From the NCBI RefSeq assembly GCF_000143415.4, contig NW_003314262.1, forward strand, positions 3,606,405 to 3,670,404: 64,000 nt of DNA. The letters are read 5' to 3'. This document shows, one piece after another, positions 60,301 through 64,000 of this stretch. The stretch's first letter is position 1; each line of letters starts with the position of its first letter. Position numbers and translations under genes: made by a program. This DNA is from Selaginella moellendorffii (lineage: Eukaryota > Plantae > Lycopodiophyta). The notes beneath the pieces were generated by a model. It was not told the origin of the DNA, did not search any database, and saw nothing but the letters and a program-made list of their open reading frames with translations.

Positions 60301-63300
60301 TGCCACTTGCACCAAAGCGTTCAAGTTAGATATGCTGAGCTTTCACACTAAGCAATCTAACCGTGCATCACGACTCCGAGGCATCCCTCGCTTGGCGGTG
60401 TGCCCAAACCAGTCTCCCCACTGAGAGTCCATGACCACCGAAATATGAGTGTCCTCATATTCCAAACCATCACCACGCCCTAGTGATTTGGGACTCGAAC
60501 CCAAGCACTAGAGGGTCGGGACTCGAACCCAACCTCCGTATATGCATCTACGGACGGCATCACACTAGATGCCTGGCGTGACTCCCCACGCCAGTGCACC
60601 AACCTATTTTTAAAGCGCGCTACAGATCACAGCTTAGGAACCTAGTTCCTCCACACTGCCAAGTCCTCTCACTTGACATGTCTGTGATCATGCATGGACT
60701 CCTCCATGCTCGGCCCCATGGCCCACCCTTTTTGAAGTTATCACCTTCAACTAGGGTCTTTGTTCCCCCGACGTGCCAATCTCACTTGGCAAGTCCTCCG
60801 ACCATTGTAACATGGTTCCTGCATAAGCGAGAAAGTCCTTGACCATCGACTTTCGTTCAAAGCCCTCTCTTTGAACACTCGGGAACTACTTCCCTAACCT
60901 TGATAACCTTGCCTCATGGCAAGCTTCAAGACCACACTTCTGCTGCGCCACTCTGATTTCGCGCGTTCCGTGAACCATTTACACTTGGCCTTTCTAGGTA
61001 CTACGCTACCTAGAATCGTCTTTGGGAACCTTGAAGGAACTCTGTCCCTCAGCTTGCTAAGGCCTCCCCTTTCGCAAGCTTTATAGTTGCCATATAGTCT
61101 AACATGGACAATTCCATATTTTAGACTCTCCATGGCATCACGGTTGCTAGCAACAACATCCTCGAGCACCCTCTTGATTCTCCACTCCCAACTTTCATAA
61201 CCACTGTTGGATATGCCCTTTGATTTCTATGGTTCAATTCCATCCCAATACTACTTGCTTTTGGCTTCACACCTTTCCTTCGGTCATTCTCCTCCAGACC
61301 AGGAGGATAGCTTTGCACTTTCTGTCATGCTTTAGCAAGTATTCTTAGGGATGGACCTACCCAATAGCCTAGGGAGTGGTTCCTCAATCCGGGTATGCTC
61401 ACCTTATAATCCCACACACTGGGATTACATTGTTGCTTATGGGCCCTTACATGCCCATCACTAGCCTTGCCAAAATTCCATTTTTGGCTTTGTCCAATTC
61501 GGGTAGACAGTCCTCTCCTGTCTCCGCAACCTTGGACATTTGGATAGCACCTTCTATCCATCATTCGCTAGGGACTTAGTCCCTTGGGCTTTAACCATTG
61601 CCCTCGCGACATCAAACACCACCTTCTGGTGTTCTAGAGTGTCCGGGTGTCCCAATGATGGCTTTCTTGACAATGAGTATTTCCTTTTATGACATTGACT
61701 TACTATATCGCAACACAAGCAACTTATCCCCCGTAAGGGTATATCCAACTTCCTTATGCTATTAAGAAGTCTTGGGTAGCTACCTTCTACCCGTTTAACC
61801 AGTTATTTTGCACCTCTTGCTTAGTTGCCTCATAGTTGTCAAGTCCTACAACTCATTGCTTGGTGCTTTCACACCTCCATCATTATCTGGGTCACCACAC
61901 TCCAACTGCATGCTCTGCAGCTTAGGCTATGCTATTCCCATTTCCATTGGGATTCCTTTGGCAAGGGGTTCTCATGAACCCACCAACATAGCCTCAAGGT
62001 ATCACACCTTGGCACATTTGGTGTCTCCACACCATCGGCTCCACGAGCCTACCTCTATGACATTTCCCCTTCGTGTCTAAGTCTTTGCCAAGACCAACAC
62101 CGCACTTTCTCATGCCAACCATCCGTTAGCACTGCATCATAGAGGTCACACACAACTTTATGTTAGAGTTGTGTTCTTCTGGGAACACCTTTCCCATAAC
62201 TTTAGCATGGCCTATTTTGCCATTGATGAGATACCCTCTGTTCTCATCCTTGGATCCTATGATCCCCCCCCATCCTTTGTGGGGTACAACACACCTCAGT
62301 CCAAATGCTTCCATCAGTCCTTTTAGGACCATCCGTTGACTCTACTTGAGTCATCCAGCAATTTTGGACTTGGTTAATCCACAGACCCGTAAGGTCCTAC
62401 TTGTGAGGCACTAGCTCACTGGAATACACTTCTTGCATTCCTGTCCTACTCAAAAGGACTATTTTCACAAGTGTTACTCCGACACTTGATTTTGTTCTCT
62501 GGGGGCAACCTTTGCCCCTTAGGACTACTTGTCCATGTGATGAGAATACCAACTCATCCACTCAATACACCCCCAACTCCTTGGGTTGTTCCAGCATTTA
62601 TTAGAGGTAGCCCCGGCTACCATTTCAAGGACTTGAGTCCTCTTCCGTATTTGACCTTCCACGGTCATTACCTTTGGTCTCACATTCATGAGCACCAACC
62701 TCAACTATATGAGGATAATCTTGTGACTCCTTTATTGTTTTGGAGTCTCTATCTTTCCCGTGATCCCAACTTTAGTTGTTTACCACAACAACCTTAGCCA
62801 ATTTGCTGAGACAAATGCTCATCCGGATCACATCCTTAACTCAATGAGGAAAACCTTGCACTGTTCCCAAGATCCCAAAGTCGTTCCATTATTGGCACTT
62901 TTCTATCCACCACCTCGTCTACAAGTTCACACATGAACTGTAATGGAGAGCCATGTCTTCCCGACTTGCTACTCCTCAAGGATAGACCCACTCCTTGGAC
63001 CTTCCGATGCCAACACTAGTGGTGATATACTTGAGCACCAATAAAAGTCGGACTAAGGAACAGCTCCGATACCAAGTTGTAAGTGACTAAATTTTCCGTT
63101 CTACTTTAGTCACTTAACCACACCTCCGACCACTTGGAGGAGTCTCATTCACAACCTCCATCAGTCCAATTCAGGACTTGGGACTTGCTAGCCCCAATAC
63201 TGGCATCCATGCCACTCAACACTTGCACCTGGTCCAAGTGCTCCACGTGTCCGGTCCCAAGACCGACACCCAAAGGTACCACTGACATCTCGGCCCGTTA

Positions 63301-64000
63301 CGCTAAGGCCATGCCCATTCACCTTTGCTGCACTAGTGGTCCAATACCACTTGCATCACCATCCCGTTTTTCCAAGACTTGGGCCATCTGTCCCCGAGTG
63401 GTCATCCTAGATCCACTCCTTAGCATCCTTGGGATGCCCACAGACCTGGGGAATCGCCTTCCCCAAAGTCCCTTTGTCGGTTCCTACCAAGTCCCTTTCT
63501 GCCCCTGGCCGTGTTTGCCAACACTGCCACTGGATCGAGGCCCACAGGCCCGACCACTAAGTCCCATGGTCCTTTGGGACTTCCTCACCACATGACTGTG
63601 TCCTTGGTCACTACCCCAGAGGACTGCTCCTCTTCCTTTCCACAGTCTAGGCCTTTGGGACAACATTTCGGAACACCGTGGCCTTACACGAGCCACCTGG
63701 GTACTCTCCCCGCCTTTCGCCTTTAGGTGCTCTAGCCATGGGCTTAGAGCGGGTTCCATTGAGCCACACCAGGTATCCAAGTAGGTAGTGCCACCCACAC
63801 TTGGACTGGGAGCATCGGCCAGTCGATCTCCCGGGGGAACTAGAGCCGGCTCTTGAACACATCACCAAGCTACCCCGCTTGTCGGTCTGTGTTCACTCTA
63901 GTCTTGGACTTCCCAGTGGGCAGCTCATCACCCAACACTGGGTCTGGCCTTCCTGGGCCAAACTGGCCTTTCCTGGCCAAACTGGCTCCACTGCAGTCCT
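57346..64000 (-). mobile_element. Gypsy-derived non-autonomous LTR retrotransposon: 3' LTR 57346-59026, PPT 59027-59038, internal 59039-63062, PBS 63063-63074, 5' LTR from 63078 to beyond the window
   Basis: 57346-58268 is nearly identical to 63078-64000 (offset 5732); minus-strand termini TGTGAG...CTTACA; PBS TGGTATCGGAGC (tRNA-iMet-like); PPT GGGTGGTGGAGT; integrase-like remnant (AYP...NQ..LED) near 61150-61220; no intact ORF. Confidence 0.9.
58350..58795. repeat. Graded tandem array inside the LTR: 6-mer (CTCGGA), 12-mer (CTCCATCTCGGA), then a 35-bp higher-order unit
   Basis: Seen directly. Confidence 0.95.

Noticed and set aside
57346-64000. Retrozyme (hammerhead ribozyme in a non-autonomous LTR element)
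   Set aside because: I did not find a CTGATGA...GAAA core with flanking stems by eye; an Infernal search would be decisive

Overview
Eukaryotic land-plant nuclear DNA. The ~50-70 bp GT-AG introns, tight gene spacing and many PLS/DYW PPR genes point to a lycophyte such as Selaginella (inference). Genes: P-class PPR, HAK/KUP K+ transporter, GH3 (decayed 3' end), AT-rich GNA-type lectin fusion (one intact, one broken copy), intronless DEAH4-like helicase, SMARCAL1-like SNF2 with three HARP-like repeats, AIPP1/EDM3-like RRM gene, two tRNA-Ser(GCT), PLS-E PPR, GPT/DPAGT1, a Sacsin/NOV-type GHKL ATPase ending in a degenerate RNase III-like domain, homoserine dehydrogenase, an EPFL peptide with a duplicated Cys half-domain, and a PLS-DYW PPR. 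Structural features: (1) a tandem duplication at 5.4-17.5 kb with reciprocal gene loss; (2) a 455-bp TIR element with an 8-bp TSD that carries a PPR fragment and splits the RRM gene; (3) a Helitron-like family whose copies carry different gene fragments; (4) a Gypsy-derived non-autonomous LTR element from 57346 to beyond the window end, with near-identical LTRs and a decayed pol region tiled with short perfect hairpins. The hairpin-tiled element is the most striking unexplained signal. All calls were made by eye; no searches or folding programs were run.
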